A stretch of DNA of 64,000 nucleotides from Octopus vulgaris (GCA_951406725.2 OX597828.1:56668001-56732000); one strand, 5' to 3'; shown: positions 1-14,664, numbered from the stretch's first letter. Notes: generated by a model from the letters alone, not told the origin. Numbers and translations are program-made.

Positions 1-300
1 TTGTTCAAATATAACAGTAAGAGGTTTTCTTTGTTAGGGTACGAAGTTGATTGTATTTCAATTAAAAGAATCATTTTTATTTTAATATTGCGTTTTCCAT
101 TATTCTATAAATAAATCCATATCGATTTCCTTTCACGATAGGAGAGACACGGATGGGGTAGAAACCAACTTTTCAGTCAAATTCATATCTTGAAAAGCGT
201 ACTGAGATCTGAACACGAATCCATTTAAACAGCAAATTTGGAATTTACAATTCTACTTCGTTTAGAAGAAAAAATTTCATATTAGAAATCATATCAGGAT
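1..300 (-). mobile_element. Possible highly decayed Penelope-like RT fragment
   Basis: Broken minus-strand translation loosely resembles the PLE RT stretch (P.VRL...KSD.G and NIKNK.....FYP...NLL); many frameshifts. Confidence 0.25.
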
Positions 301-2324
301 TATGCCAAAAGGATGTTTCTGTATTTTCCATTGTTTTTAATAATTAATTCTAATTCTTTTACAATAAGAATTAAAATCTGCTATAATTGAGTAAATTAGA
401 TAAGACATGCTAATTTGAAATTTTCTAAAAATAAGCTGAAGGATATTTCGGAATCTACAATACAAGGAAATTACATAAAGACTCCTATGACAAGCTTCCA
501 GCACCAATTATATATGCAATTCTCTATGTAACAACTGAAATCGGCTGGGATCAGGTTATTGCTTGCAAACTCTTCAATAATTAACAGAGTGAATAATATA
601 TCGAGAATGCCTTAAGAAAGAAGGAATCCTTTTGACTTCGAAAATAAAAATGGCTTCCGGAAGGGAGTTGAGAAACAAATTCATAAAGAGGGTTGTCCAG
701 TGCTAACATCTTTTATCATGGGTAACTTTAACTCTTTAGTTCTGGTATTAAGATCCTAGGAATTTACGGTTATATGTAATGCTGAAATAATCTTGTTCAT
801 GAATAAAGATTTTGACATACACGTCTAATTTAGGAGTAAACCTATTCTCATACATTGGTCATTGAACATGAATAGGAGTTAATATAAAGTGAGGTGTTTG
901 CCTAATGACTATAATTTCATCTACAAGCAAATAATACACACTACCGCCAAACCACCACTACTACCAAACCACGAGGTAGATTTCAATTGGAAGCCCAAAT
1001 CTAGGAAACAAATTCCTGAAGTTTATTTATTCTGATATAAAATTTTCAGCGCTGATTCCCTACAATTATATGAGTTAAAAACGAATACGTTTGTAATTAT
1101 CATATCTGATTGACACATTCATGAAGTATGTATGAACGATAATAAAATGACGAAATTTTATTGATAATAGTTTAAATCACATATTAACTGACAAGTCAGT
1201 GTTATGTAATATGTAAATGACAAGAAAGGTAGCGTAATTAATCAAATACATCGCAGTTTTTATTCACCTTGTTCGACATTTTCGGTTCAAAGTTAGATAG
1301 TGTCAATTATCTATTTACTTTTACTTATCTTTTATTTTACTTCCAAAATAAGAAACTAGAGTTAGTGAGAGTTAAATCAACTAAACGCATCAAACTTTAT
1401 GACAATGTTTGAATTCAATACTTTAGTAAATTTCGACAACTTCACTTGACTAAGGTAATTAAGGTTAGCGATCATGATGGGTTACTTATAATCAAGATGG
1501 CATAATAAGTATAACCGAAGACAAATAATGTTTCATTAACTACTTTTGTCATGAAGCATTTCTATTCGGTATCCTCGTTAGTCTTTTCCGTGGCGATAAT
1601 ACAAGGATCACTGACATAATGGAATCGAATCAGCAGACTACTTTGGATTTATAGAACTGAACAACACCAGATAGAGTATGTTACTCTATATTTTCTTTCC
1701 ATTTTGAATTCAAAATCCTTTGAGGTTTGTAATATTTCCGTACGTTAGCTTTGGTTTAATAAATGTGCTCACTTGCCACAAATTAAATAAAATCTCTTGA
1801 CAAGCAACGCTTTTAAACGTAGATTGTGGCAAAGAACGGACGTTTAAACATCACAGTATTGCATTTCTCCCAAATTAGCGAATATTGATTAATTAGCGTG
1901 TCTAAACAACAGATATCAAAACTTTGTTGTCTCTTCTCTAATAATAAAATTCATAAAAATTTATCAACTGTGCATTACATGTTTGAAATATAAACTTGTA
2001 ACGGTCAAAAAATAAAATCACTGATTAACCGAGCGTAAAATTGTTTTACCGGATAACAAAAATATGTAGTTACTTTATTAACAGCAAAATGTGAAGTAAG
2101 CAGCAGGCGAGTTACTTTTATGCTGTCGAAATCTATAGTAACAAAGTAAGGGGAATGGATTATCGGAAAAATATTATCAGTGATTTACTGCAGAAATTTT
2201 GTGATGATGTATCAAAGAGAAAGATCAATTATATATCCGATTGCATGCTTCTACCACGTTCTTAGGTTAATATTCAAATTATATACTCATAAATAAAAGT
2301 AGAGAAATCATTTGAAATTTGCCG

Positions 2325-2687
2325 TTGAGCGATGCGGTCTTCGTCCCAGTGGGAGAAGTCCGAAACGTGGTCCTTTGCTATTCGTAAGACCCGCAGAAGA
2401 GAAAGCAGGTCAACCCCCGACACCGAGTGCATCGACGGATGGATGAATGCGCATCCAGGCTCAGTGGTTGCGTAGGAAGTCGGGGTCAAGAAACAGAAAG
2501 AAAGAGTGAGAGAAAGTTGGAGTGAAAGAGTACAACACGGGTCGCCACCCCTCCCCCCTGCCGGAGCATCGTGGAGCTTTAGGTGTTTTCGCTCAATAAA
2601 AATACACAACGCCCAGACAGGGAATCGAAACCGCGATCCTCCGACCGCGAGACCGCTGCCCTAACCACTGGGCCATTTCGCCTCCAC
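2325..2687 (-). mobile_element. tRNA-derived SINE, family 1
   Basis: Minus head GTGGAGGCGAAATGGCCCAGTGGTTAGGGCAGCGG...GGTTTCGATTCCC has A- and B-box motifs; related copies at ~8.0-8.3 kb and in every tandem unit. Confidence 0.85.
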
Positions 2688-3734
2688 TGTCGTGGCTGCT
2701 ATTCAAACACATATCTTGCTTTGTTTTAGAGATATCACTGAAGACGTCCATTTCATATAATGTATGTAAAGGAAGTCGTTCAGTAGAACATATTCTTTAA
2801 AACCGAATATGTACAGAAAACGTCGAACAGCTCACTAGGAGCTAGCTAATATTCATTTACTTTTCCCATTGGTTCCTTCTTCTTCGTGTACTCCACTAAA
2901 ATCTCCCTGTTGCGATGTTAATACAGGCGATGGTAAGAACAATACATCTACGTTTAGGCTGAGGAAGACACTGAAAATATAGGTGCCTTACATTTGGTCA
3001 TAATGTCTTGTCGCTGCCCAAGTAAAAATTTTAGACTCACTACTTGATCGATTCAAGCGTAAAAGTTACAGAAGACGATTTCAAATTTTGTGTCATCATA
3101 AGAGTAATAATTTTTTTCAATTGATGAATATGATTTATATATCGAACCATAGTACAACTTTTGCATTAATTTTATTAATAACAAATGGAATAATATTGAT
3201 ATTTACGCGGCTGCTTTGATAAGAGAACACTTAGGCATAAAACTATTTACTGGTTGAACCAAATCGATATCTGTGTCGCTAACGTATTTGATATCTAATT
3301 TATATAATAACTATCATGTATAATATACATAATGCACTAGTTTTAATCAATTGAGGCTCTGAAATTATACAGTAAGGTGGCAGAAGATAAAATGCATTTC
3401 AAGTGCATTTACCTTTGATCTTCGTAACTCTTTATTACGTGAAAAAAAATTCTTTCACTCATAGAATCGTTATTATAGTCAGTAAATCAGCAAAAAGTAT
3501 TGTTGTTATTAGAACTGAAGCATCATGGACAAGCAAGGATTATTATTGTCTTCTGTAAATTCCTGACATCATAGGCTTCGTTTATCCACCCACAATAGTT
3601 GTTTTGCTTCCATTAGATAACATGTGTCGACAATCGACAGACGATTGGTACACATAGTTTACACCATGAATTCCAAACCTTAAAAAAACTATTACACTTT
3701 TCATCGCGGGATATTTATGTTCTTTAGTTTTTCA

Positions 3735-4070
3735 TTCTTTGACTCGTTTCAGTTATCTTCATTATGGCGGTGTTATGCTCCACCTTAAAATGGTTTAGTC
3801 GAAGAAATTGACCCCAGGATTTATTCTTTGTAAGTCTAGTACATATTCTATCGGTCTATTTTGCCGAACCGCTAAGGTGCTAGTAAATAAACAGACCAAC
3901 GTCGGTGGTCAAACGATGATGGGAGTCAAATACAGACGCATACACAGAAATATATACGGGCTTCTTTCCGTCTACCAAATTCAGCCACAACGCTTTAGTT
4001 GACCCTAAGCTATAGTAGAAGACAGTTATCGAAGGTGCCACACAGTGGGACTGAACCTGGAACCATATGG
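3735..4070 (-). mobile_element. SINE family 3, decayed
   Basis: Reverse complement aligns with the 34864-35260 copy (GGTTCAGTCCCACTG.GTGGCACCTT, GGGGTCAATTT.TTCGACTAA). Confidence 0.75.
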
Positions 4071-4692
4071 AGGTGTGACGGCGTTCTCGGGAAGAATTTG
4101 GGCGTCCACGAGGATCACCTGACCGGTCTGTTCAGAAGAACTTTCGGGCCGGGACCTATGGACAATCAACAAAGATCTCTGGCCTGGCAGTGCTATTGAG
4201 TGGCATTATCCGTTCGGGATAAGCTCTACAGGCACAGTTCGAGACACACTAGACTGACTTGCCCGAGATGTGGTCAGAGCGATGAAGCCATTCTGCACGC
4301 ACTCGTGCAGTGTCCGACTATTTCGCACCTGTGGGCTTATGCCGAACGGCTGCTGTTACGTGCGGGCGACGAAACCCATGATCCTGTAATCGTAAAAAGA
4401 GTAAGAAAGAGAGTACTTTGTGTTTATCATGTGTTTATTACCTCCTGAGGTTACCGTGGTCTTTTCCGTAGGTTTTTCTTTCCACTCATGAACCTAATCT
4501 TGCTTCTTACATTTTAAAAATTTCTTCTGTAATACACGATCCCATTTGATAGCCTTTTATTTTTTCCCTACCACTTTTGATCGGAATTTTACATTTTTTC
4601 TCTTTTTTACCTTTTTCTTTTCCATTTTCGAAAAGAAAAGCTCTACGTTTGTATTTGTCTCCTCTGTGTTCAGCCCTGTGTGGCCAATAAAG
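4070..4692 (+). mobile_element. L1/Tx1-clade LINE 3' fragment (zf-RVT region)
   Basis: LAWQCY*...VRDKLY...CPRCGQSDEAILHALVQCP..LW; ends in AATAAA; homologous to 26.1-27.1 kb and 27.7-29.5 kb. Confidence 0.8.
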
Positions 4693-4699
4693 TTATCGA

Positions 4700-4741
4700 T
4701 CGATCGATCTATCCATCCATCCATTTATCTATCTATCTATA

Positions 4742-4774
<33 letters not shown>

Positions 4775-4900
4775 GTCTGTCTGTCTGTCTGTCTGTCTGT
4801 CGGTCTGTCGGTCTGTCGGTCTGTCTGTCTGTCTGCCTGCCTGTCTGCCTGCCTGTCTGTCTATCTATATATCTATCTATCTATCTATATCTATATCTAC
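4700..4900. repeat. Compound (CTAT)/(GTCT)n microsatellite
   Basis: Directly visible tetranucleotide runs. Confidence 0.95.
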
Positions 4901-4907
4901 GTACATT

Positions 4908-6013
4908 ATATATTGGATTGGCAAGAAGGCAATTTCGATTTTTGTAATAATTTCCTATGTTATTTTTCCGCAAAAGTGAGAATGCTACTGATACTCATAA
5001 AGAGATATGTCAAGTTTATAGTATTGATTGCTTAACAGAACGCGCATCTCAGAAATGGTTTTAAAAATTCATTTCTGGCGATTTGTTTCACTCAAAGATG
5101 ACCAACGATCTGGTTGACCTACTGAAGTTGATGACCGAATCAGAGCCATAAATTAATCTGATTGTCATTTAACTGTGGCAGAGATTGCAGAGGGGTTAAA
5201 TGTATCACACACAATAATTGAGAATCGTTTGCAATGTCCTCGACTCGTTTAGAAGCTCGATATTTGGATTCCACATGAATTGAAAGAGATTCACTTTGCA
5301 TAACGAATCAATATTTGCGATATGCGTCTCAATCGCAATAAAATAGACCTTGCTTTGAAACGAATCAACAGTAGTGATGACAAATGGATGGTCTACAATA
5401 ACATCAATCGATAACGATAATGATCCAAGCAAAATGAACCAGTATAAATCGCATGGAAATCTGAATTGCATCAAAAAAACTCATGTTCTCAATTTGGTGG
5501 GATTACAAAGGTGTTGCATATCTTGAGCTGCTTCCAAGGAACCAAACCATCAATTCCCATGTTTACTGTCAACAACGAATGAATCTGGAGTAAGTAATCA
5601 AAGAAACACGACCGGAATTGGCAAATCCTAAAATAATCGTGTTCCACCATGACAACACTAGACCACACACATCCTTCTTAACACGTGAAAAATTATTGGA
5701 GCTTGGTTGGGAAGTGAAGTCACATCCACTATATAGCCATTACCTTGCCCGCATCAGATTACCAATTACTATGAAGTTTGCAAAATTCTTTGAATTGTAA
5801 TCTTCAATAATGATGACCTGAAATCTCACTTCAATTTTTGGCTAACGACCAAACGTTTTTTGAGCGCGGAATCATGCAATTTCCGGAAAGGCAGCAAAAG
5901 GTAGTCGAACAAAATGGAAAATATATAATTGTTTAAAGTACATTCTTTGTGTGAAAAAAAAAATGACTTTCATTTCACACTAAAAAACCAAATTACTTTC
6001 TTGCGAACACAAC
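4908..6013 (+). mobile_element. Decayed mariner transposon with both TIRs
   Basis: TIRs TATTGGATTGGCAAGAAGGCAATTTCG and CCAAATTACTTTCTTGCGAACACAA; transposase remnants DDKWMVYNN, WWDYKGV, ELLPRNQTINS, FHHDNTRPH, HPLYS. Confidence 0.9.
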
Positions 6014-6063
6014 AGACACACACAGAGTCACACACACACACACACACATACACACACACACAT

Positions 6064-6111
<48 letters not shown>

Positions 6112-8004
6112 GCAAGTCTGTTTGCGTGGTATGTAGTCTCTATTTGATTTTCGTCGCCAGGTTTATGACTTTACGCTTTTAGAATGATTTAAATGTTGGT
6201 AGTTAAATTTTTATATATTGTCACTTTACTATTTTTCCGCCGTAAATTTACTCCAGTGAACTGCAAGATGTAACCTTTTTGAAACAGAACAGGTATAGTC
6301 GATTTTCTGCTATTGTGATCGGCGTGTTATGTGCATGTACAACGATGAAATACAGGAAATTCAACACTTTCCTAGGACGTGAATGTAACTGTAAGATGGC
6401 GTATACGTTGGAGGAGTTCGGAATTTTCCTTTTAAATTCCCTTCCAGTTCTAGTGAAGAATGAATCTGAGAGGTGAAGTTTCGGATTGAACATAAGAGTG
6501 TTTGACTTCGGCAATATGAGAGTGCATATCGTAAAACTCCTGATGACGTAATAAATATTTGAATGAAACTCAAATTCATATTGAATGGAACTAATGTTCC
6601 AAATGTCGTGAAAACAAATGTCTGTTTTGAATCTAGTCTATTACTGACAGATCTATTATCGACTCTGACGAGAAGGACTCAGCGAGCGAACCCGCGAGTG
6701 AACCAGTAAGTTCGAAAATGGCAGCTAAATCTTGTTTCAAACACCACCTTAAAACTTAAGGTAGATTTATATTTGTACTCCTCCCTAAACAAAGATTAGA
6801 TATATTTACCATAGGTACCTGAGAATTAAATAATCTACATCAGTATGAGGGGTAAACAAAAATAGGTAGAAGCATATACAAAACCATGTTATGCTTAAAA
6901 AGACTTTAGATTTCATAGGAAAGGGACAAGGAACAATATCATTAACAAATATATGATCTACTTAGACACTAGGCAAAAAATTTGGTTTGGGACTAAAAAC
7001 AAAAACCGGAATGTAAATTGTCTAACTAAATTCAGCTAAATATTTCGTGAAAGGGATGCTGTTAAAATTCTGCTAATACTGCGTTATAGTGTAATTTAAT
7101 TGATTTGCAATTTATATTATTAGCTCATTGTATTGTGAAATAATGGTTATAGAATACTTTAAATCATTTTTCGACTTTCTATCGCATGAAAGCTTTCAGG
7201 ACATCATAATAGAAATCTGTAGTCAGTCTGTCACTCACATATGTAGAGCTGAGAATTATCGAAAATAAAACAGGCTCAAATTATATAAACGTATTATATA
7301 GTATTATATGAACACATATAGTAGTCAGGGATAAATGAAGATTAAATTCAACAATTTGAAGATATTTTAGAAGGAATATCAAATTGCAACCGCGATTTTA
7401 TTCCACAAATACACCGTTTGAATTGTTCACTAAGACTTGCTACATTTAAAGTACATCATATCGTCTTTCTTGATATCATGTGGAATGCGAATTTAGCACT
7501 GAATTTTTATTAATCTAATTTTATAATTTCTATTCTGGTGTTTTTTTTCCTTTTAATTCGGAACCATACTTTGCATGGACATAAAATGTCACAGGGAAAT
7601 ATATATCACTCAAATTTTCTAAACTTCATTAACTGCCAAGTAAACATGTGTTGTTTGCCAAGAAATCCCAATGCATAAGGTTAAAAATAATTTTTGTCAC
7701 GGAAAATTTTAAAATGTTCCATCGATATTTTCCCAAAGAAATGAAGCTGCAATTAACAAGAAATAGCTTTGATTCAAATTAGTTATATTTAACTGTCCCG
7801 TGCCTTTCAAGATTTAATTCCTAATTCACAAACACATTCAGGCTCAAGTAAAAATATTCTGATTAGAGATGAGTCCGTTATGCATGCTATTTTTTTAATT
7901 TATTTCAGCAACAAAGCCAAGTATGATGAATGGCAAAAATTGAATGAACTATCCTTAAAATTAACTATTATTGTTTGCATGTTTGTAATTAATTTAAGAA
8001 ATAA

Positions 8005-8305
8005 ATTGTCGCCTTTTCAAGCCTAACCAGGCTCATGGGCCCGGTTTCCTGGTTTCTGTGGCGTATGTGTCCCCCCCACCCCGCAGCTGGACGGAACGCC
8101 AGTCCATCGCAGCGTTACTGAAGAAGTAGGAATAGAGAGAAAATTGTGGCGAAAGAGTACAACTGGGGTCGCCACCACCCCCTAGGAGCCTCGTGGAGGT
8201 TTTAGGTGTTTCCGCTCAATAAACACACACAACGCCCGGTTTGGGAATCGAAACCGCGGTCCTCTAACCGCGTGTCTGCTGCCCTAACCACTGGGCTATT
8301 GCGCC
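8005..8305 (-). mobile_element. tRNA-derived SINE, family 1
   Basis: Same head as 2325-2687 (GCGCAATAGCCCAGTGGTTAGGGCAGC...GTTTCGATTCCC). Confidence 0.85.
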
Positions 8306-9814
8306 AGCACGCCAGTTTAAGAAATACGACTTTATATTATATAATGTATTACATGTATTATAAATGTATTACATAGCATTAAAATATGTATTAGCTTGAA
8401 CTAGAATAATATTTTCACAACTATTCTGCTTCCCAAAATTTAATTGCCCGAAATATATTGCCCGAAACATTTGAACTTCAACTGAAATCATACAGGTAAA
8501 ATAGTAATTATCTTTCAGAGTAAACTAATATGTATGCCAACTGGTCAAACTCAGGTTAAATATTATATCCTGCTCTTTTGCTACTATGTGTATTTTCTAT
8601 TTTCTAGAACAGTAATGAATCAGGCTGATTACAAAAGAACTGCAATTGTTACGTGCGGAGTAAGTTTAGGAAACCAAACATGAAGAAGAAAATTTGACTC
8701 AAAATCTAAGATTATTTATAACACTAGAGACCTTGTAATACTCAAAAGAGCCACGATTAGGCAATAAAAAAGTGAATTGTCAAAATCTTACATTTAAAGA
8801 GCTGGCTGATACATATATTATATGCCTATACTATTTACTTTCGTTTGTATTGATTTACATTTTAAATACCACCATTTCCCCTCTTTCCAAATATATCGAC
8901 AATGTTAATTACCGTTGCACTGTTGATAGAATGGCTGTTATATAGGGGGGGGGGTACCTATTTCATAGAGATCAAATCGATGAAAGTCAAATTGTTTCCA
9001 ACAGTGCACGATACAACAAATTAAGCCAAAGCTTTTAATGTGATCTAACGTTCTGTAACATTATGGCATTCATACAGTTAATTATAATTTTTCAGACTTC
9101 GTCGCTTAGGCATAAGTTGTAAATTGCTGGAATAAAATATTCAGTTTTGGCATGTTAAATATTCACTGATAATAGATATGGGGGTTAATATTTGTAAATA
9201 GCAGAAAGATGAAAGGTGTGAAATATAGATAATTTATGGCAAGCAAAAGTTGATACTGCAAAATGTACGAAATTTGATTGTCATGAGTTATTCTGAAACA
9301 TGGTAGTATCAAGAATGATACACCAATATTAGGAAACTATCATCAATTATATTCACTATCAATAAGTACAAGTTTCACACCTTGAGTGATTCCGTTGCTT
9401 TACATTTGTGATGTTTATTATTTTAAGCAGTCCAGAGAGTCGACTGTCCTAAGGTTTCTTCACTTTCTCTGTCTCTGCATACACAGATACACACACACAC
9501 GCACACATATCACGCGTGTGTGAGCGTATGTGTAATATTCAACTTAATCAAAAGAAGCTAAAATTCCTAGTATCTCAGTGATTCAGAGAAGTCGTATCAA
9601 ATATCATGTTTCATGTATTTGGTGGTCTCATTTATGGCAGGAAATTATTTCCAATCCTCACAATCGATGCCAGTGCTCCTACAGAACCTATACAATGTCC
9701 CCTCAAAACACACGTACTCATGCTTATTATTATGATTTTCAAATTCTTAACAGTGGTTCGTCTGTCTTCACATTTTGTGTTCAAATTCTGATTTGGATAA
9801 CTTGATGAATTAAG

Positions 9815-10049
9815 TACCTATTTCTTTATTACCCACAAGGGGCTAAACACAGAGGGGACAAACAAGGACAGACATAGGTATTAAGTCGATTACATCGACC
9901 CCAGTGCGTAACTGGTACTTAATTTATCGACCCCGAAAGGATGAAAGGCAAAGTCGACCTCGGCGGAATTTGAACTCACAACGTAACGACAGACGAAATA
10001 CGGCTACGCATTTCACCCGGCGTGCTAACGATTCTGCCAGCTCGCCGCC
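9815..10049 (-). mobile_element. SINE-like repeat, family 2
   Basis: GGCGGCGAGCTGGCAGAATCGTTAGCACGCCGG...GAGTTCAAATTCCGCCGAGGTCGACTTTGCCTTTCATCC; several copies in window. Confidence 0.85.
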
Positions 10050-10139
10050 TGATGAATTAAGTACCGTGAAGCGTTGGTGTCGATGTAATCGACTAGTCTC
10101 CTCTTCTCAAATTTCAGGCTTGCTTCCATAGTAGAATGA

Positions 10140-10144
10140 TTATA

Positions 10145-10212
<68 letters not shown>

Positions 10213-10218
10213 CATTAT
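10140..10218. repeat. (ATT)n microsatellite followed by a family-2 fragment (10220-10370)
   Basis: Visible run. Confidence 0.95.
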
Positions 10219-10424
10219 CGCGTTCTGAATTCAAATGTCGCCGAGGTTGAGTTTGCCTTTCATCCTCCAGGTTCGATAAATTAAGCAACTGTTACGCGCT
10301 GGGATTGACGTAATCAAACTGGTCCCCTCCCCAAAAATGTCAGTCCTAGTGTCTTTACCAGGAAAGATTATAAACAAACCAATCGCAAACGTAATGTGTT
10401 CACAGTGAGCAAACGTTTCGTCCC

Positions 10425-10830
10425 TGATATGCTAACACCGTCTCTAAAATCGACATTAAAACGACGACGCCGTGGAGATCTCATTCTTGCTCACAACATT
10501 ATAAGCGGAAAATGTAACCTCTCGAAAGAGCTGTTCTTCACTCCTGCTCCAGAGCGTCGGCTGCGGGGTCATTCCGAAAAGTTCTATCTGCGACGATTTC
10601 ATCTCAATCGAAGGAGAGGGGCTTTCTCCGTCCGGGTTGCGGATCTGTGGAATAAGCTGCCAGACGAGATGGTGAAGATGCCGACGACCGCTCCGTTCAA
10701 AGTCTCCCTTGACCTCAAGTTGTCTGAACTCTTTACATGAACACCACCCTGTACATAACTCCATGTCCCCCCTACATGGGCTTGCTTTTTGCTTTTTGAA
10801 CCAAAAAATTAACTAACTAACTAACTAACT
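10425..10830 (+). mobile_element. CR1-clade LINE 3' end
   Basis: L..RRRRGDLI...RLRGH..K.....FSVRVADLWNKLP....FK..LD C-terminus; (AACT)n tail at 10811-10830. Confidence 0.9.
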
Positions 10831-11486
10831 GCACAATCTGCCACACACAAAACTGATGTATTTGACTGAAGAAGAAAACTCATCGTCCAATCCAAAGCAC
10901 AATCTCTCGATCGTGAGTGCAACGTTCAAACCATTTGCGTATGGTCATATATATATATATACTTGATTCAGCCATTTGACTGCGACCATGCTGGAGTACG
11001 GCCTTCTATTCGAAAAAACATACTCCAGAACTTATTTTTGTAAGGCTGTTGATCTCTTAAGCCGAAACGCTAAGATACGGGGGCTTAAATGCATTAGAAT
11101 TGGTTGTGAAGCGATAGTGTGCACAAAAACAGGAGCACACTACGCACACGCTCAAGAAACAATAGTTAATAAACTCAGTATATATTTTCTTATGGGGTAC
11201 CAAGACTTTGATGCGATATAAACAACTCTGACATCATTTTATAACACGTTTGAATTGTTTTCATCACCTGATAACATTATTAGCTCACAAAATAAAATAT
11301 TTACTGTATTTGTTAAGTAATGTTTTCCTTTCACCAGATGGAGGACCCTTTTTTGTTGTTTATCTTGCCATCACGGGATAATACACTATATATATATATG
11401 TATATATATATACAGAGAGAGAAAGTGAGGGAGAAAGAAAGGGAGAGAGAAAGAGATCTGTGTGTATGCATGTGTGTGTAAAAATA

Positions 11487-11538
<52 letters not shown>

Positions 11539-11765
11539 TGCTTACATAAAAATATATATTATGTATTACAAGTGTGTTTATGTGGGTGTATGTGTTGAGT
11601 GGGTGTCTTCTTCTGTGTATGAAATATACTGCAGATGAAACGCTCAGACACAGGTTTTACATCAATCAATGGATCAAACACGGGGATAAAAACAATACCC
11701 TTGGGGGTACGATTTATGCAATCGCTCTTCTCATATTCATGTTTGTGCGTGTACATATATATATG

Positions 11766-11880
<115 letters not shown>

Positions 11881-11983
11881 ATGTGTGTGTGCGTTTCAAA
11901 ATGTGTGACCGCGGCTGTATCGTTGGCGATTTTCTTTCTTTCTCTCTCCGCCTTCCCTTCCTTAGATTCTTTCCTTTTCCTAT

Positions 11984-12018
11984 GTTTCTGACGAAGAGCT
12001 CCGCTCGAAACGTTAAAT
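11984..12018 (+). ncRNA. Minimal PLE-type hammerhead motif within a short repeat (~11.9-12.12 kb)
   Basis: guuu-CUGACGA-a-gagc(ucc)gcuc-GAAA-cg-UU-aaau; palindromic helix III (ACGU). Confidence 0.65.
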
Positions 12019-12193
12019 CCTCCTTCTTTCTTTCATTTACTGAGCGTCCAATAACAATAACACTATACTCGTTCCACGTCCTCGCATTGTTGTGTTTTCT
12101 CTTTGTTCATGTTTGGATTAACTATATATATATAAACATATATATATATATACATCTATGTTTATATATACACATGCATGCATATATATATAT

Positions 12194-12261
<68 letters not shown>

Positions 12262-12262
<1 letters not shown>

Positions 12263-12520
12263 CGTGGGCATATGGTGTAGTGTTTAAGAGCTCGGGCTAC
12301 TAACCCAAGATTCCGAGTTCGTTCCTAAGCAATGACCTGAATAATGACAATAAGAACCCCGAAAAATACTTTAGGAATGAGAAACCTGGTTCGAAATTTC
12401 TCCAAGACAACTGAGGAAGGCTGGAGGTTATATCAGCCGAAACGTTGATGAAGACAAATATCCGTCAAATGTAAATAATGTAATTAAGGTACATAATACC
12501 TCATCTCTTAAATATAGAAT
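12262..12520 (+). mobile_element. tRNA-headed SINE-like element with 3' hammerhead motif (12407-12450)
   Basis: A box TGGTGTAGTGT, B box GAGTTCGTTCC; CUGAGGA-a-ggcug(10 nt)cagcc-GAAA-cg-UU. Confidence 0.65.
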
Positions 12521-12829
12521 TGTAATATTGTTATTGTGACCGAACACAATTCGCGGTCGTTGCCGTTTGAATACACTTACATTCATATATCAGAAATACC
12601 TTAGGAGAATGTCTTGATGTTATAATCACATCATTTTTTCTCTCTATGTCCGGAAGTCAATATATGGTCACTAAGCAGTCCGGATCCTCTGAAAATTTAA
12701 TTATTAGCCATTTAACATCTGTTACTGGAGCATAATTCAATTACGGAACCACCTGAGGGTTATGAGTGTATGCATGTATGCATGTAAGCATGGTTATGAG
12801 AACGTAAATATATATATATATGTATAATG

Positions 12830-12878
<49 letters not shown>

Positions 12879-12924
12879 CGTAACATTATAACTATGTATT
12901 TTTGTGTGTGCGTGTCTGTATACA

Positions 12925-12988
<64 letters not shown>

Positions 12989-13499
12989 AAAAGAGACAGA
13001 GAGACAGAGAGAGTCGGAGATAGAGACAGAGGGTGAGAGAAAGAGGGAGACAGGGAGGAATTGGAACATATATGTTCTTGTTTGTTTCCGTGTGAATGTA
13101 TTTACGTGTGTATATACCTATGTATGTCTTATCCATATATTGATTTATGTTTGAGAATGATGATTAATTGAGGTAATTAAGTTTTCATAGCTACTACTCC
13201 ACATTCAATTGGCAACTAGCCATTGTTTAACTACGGCGACATAAACATACATGTATGATTTAGCCACGACATGCCGCACCACCCCTCCCCATCAACTTAT
13301 TTGCTAAGTGAAATCGAAGTCTACAACGAAGCGAAGTTACCGATAACTTCTCACCTATTGCAATGCTTTTGTAGTAACGTGAGGGAGTAGCACGTTTTTA
13401 TTTCTTTTTCTTCTCTTGTTAATTTGAAAAATTTAAACTGAAGGTTTAGCTAATATTTTTTTTATTTTTTATTTTTTATATTTTCTCGGTTACATACCG

Positions 13500-13733
13500 A
13501 TTTCTTTATTACCGACAAGGGGCTAAACATAGAGGGGACAAACAAGGACAGACATAGGTATTAAGTCGATTACCTCGATCCCAGTGCATAACTGGTACTT
13601 AATTTATCGACCTCGAAAGGATGAAAGGCAAAGTCGACCTCAGCTGAATTTGAACTCAGGACGTAGCGGCAGACGAAATACCGCTAAGCATTTCGCCTGG
13701 CGTCCTAACGATTCTGCCAGCTCACCGCCGCCT
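13500..13733 (-). mobile_element. SINE-like repeat, family 2
   Basis: Close match to 9815-10049. Confidence 0.85.
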
Positions 13734-14440
13734 TTTCTCCGTTACATACCGCCGGTCTTAGCGTATTTTACGGCATACTACATGCTACACATAATGAATG
13801 AAACAGTTTTTAGTGCATTACAATATATAGTATAGGCCTGGCATCGCGTATAGGACTCGCCGCGATGTTCATTTATATGCCGTCGAATACGACATTCGTT
13901 TATATGCCATGAAATACGATGATATATCACGAGAATCATAATTTGTCTTTTACACCTTTGAAATGTAAAAGGCTTAGTAGAAATGGTTGTGATTTAAAAA
14001 AATAAAGAATGAAAGAACTGAAGTACCAGAGAAAATATTGTTCGACGCTCACCCTTGATACTTGGAGTATTTTATAGAAATAAATTTTAACACAAATTAT
14101 ATAGCCTATTTATAAGCAAGCACAAATGTATATAATTGCCGGTTTAGGATACCATGTGCTAGAGATGGTGCTTTAGAATAATAAACTTTTTATCTTCTAT
14201 ACAGACTTGAAAATAGAGCACTCTGCACTATGAATCAAGAATGGATTTTTAGTTTGAATGAATTTTTATTGTACATTATAAATCCCGTCGGGGTCAATAT
14301 TTCTTTCATATTTCGGAGCAATAAAAAATATTGGATTTCATACTTTCGTAATTCGTTGGTGAATATATGCGCGCGTGTGTGTGTGCGTGTGTGTGCGTGA
14401 AATTATTCTATGTACACACACACTCACACACACACACACA

Positions 14441-14528
<88 letters not shown>

Positions 14529-14664
14529 TATATATATATATATATAAAGTCCAGCAGGATATAAACTTCTAAGTCAATCGTAAATAATTAGCGTTGCTCC
14601 TCAAAATTGCTGTTCATGGGTCAATATTGGAAACTATTCATAATTTCAATATTTATACATGATA

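Noticed and set aside
1268-1360. Possible minus-strand start exon (ATG TCG AAC AAG|GTGAAT)
   Set aside because: Too short and weak to support without transcript data
2620-2687. tRNA gene
   Set aside because: The tRNA-like part continues into a repeated SINE body and has no complete acceptor stem
2955-2990. CTGAGGA-agacact-GAAA motif
   Set aside because: 2-bp helix II, no helix III, non-cleavable UG site
6535-6580. CTGATGA...GAAA hammerhead-like spacing
   Set aside because: No convincing helix I, II or III; at most a very old PLE remnant
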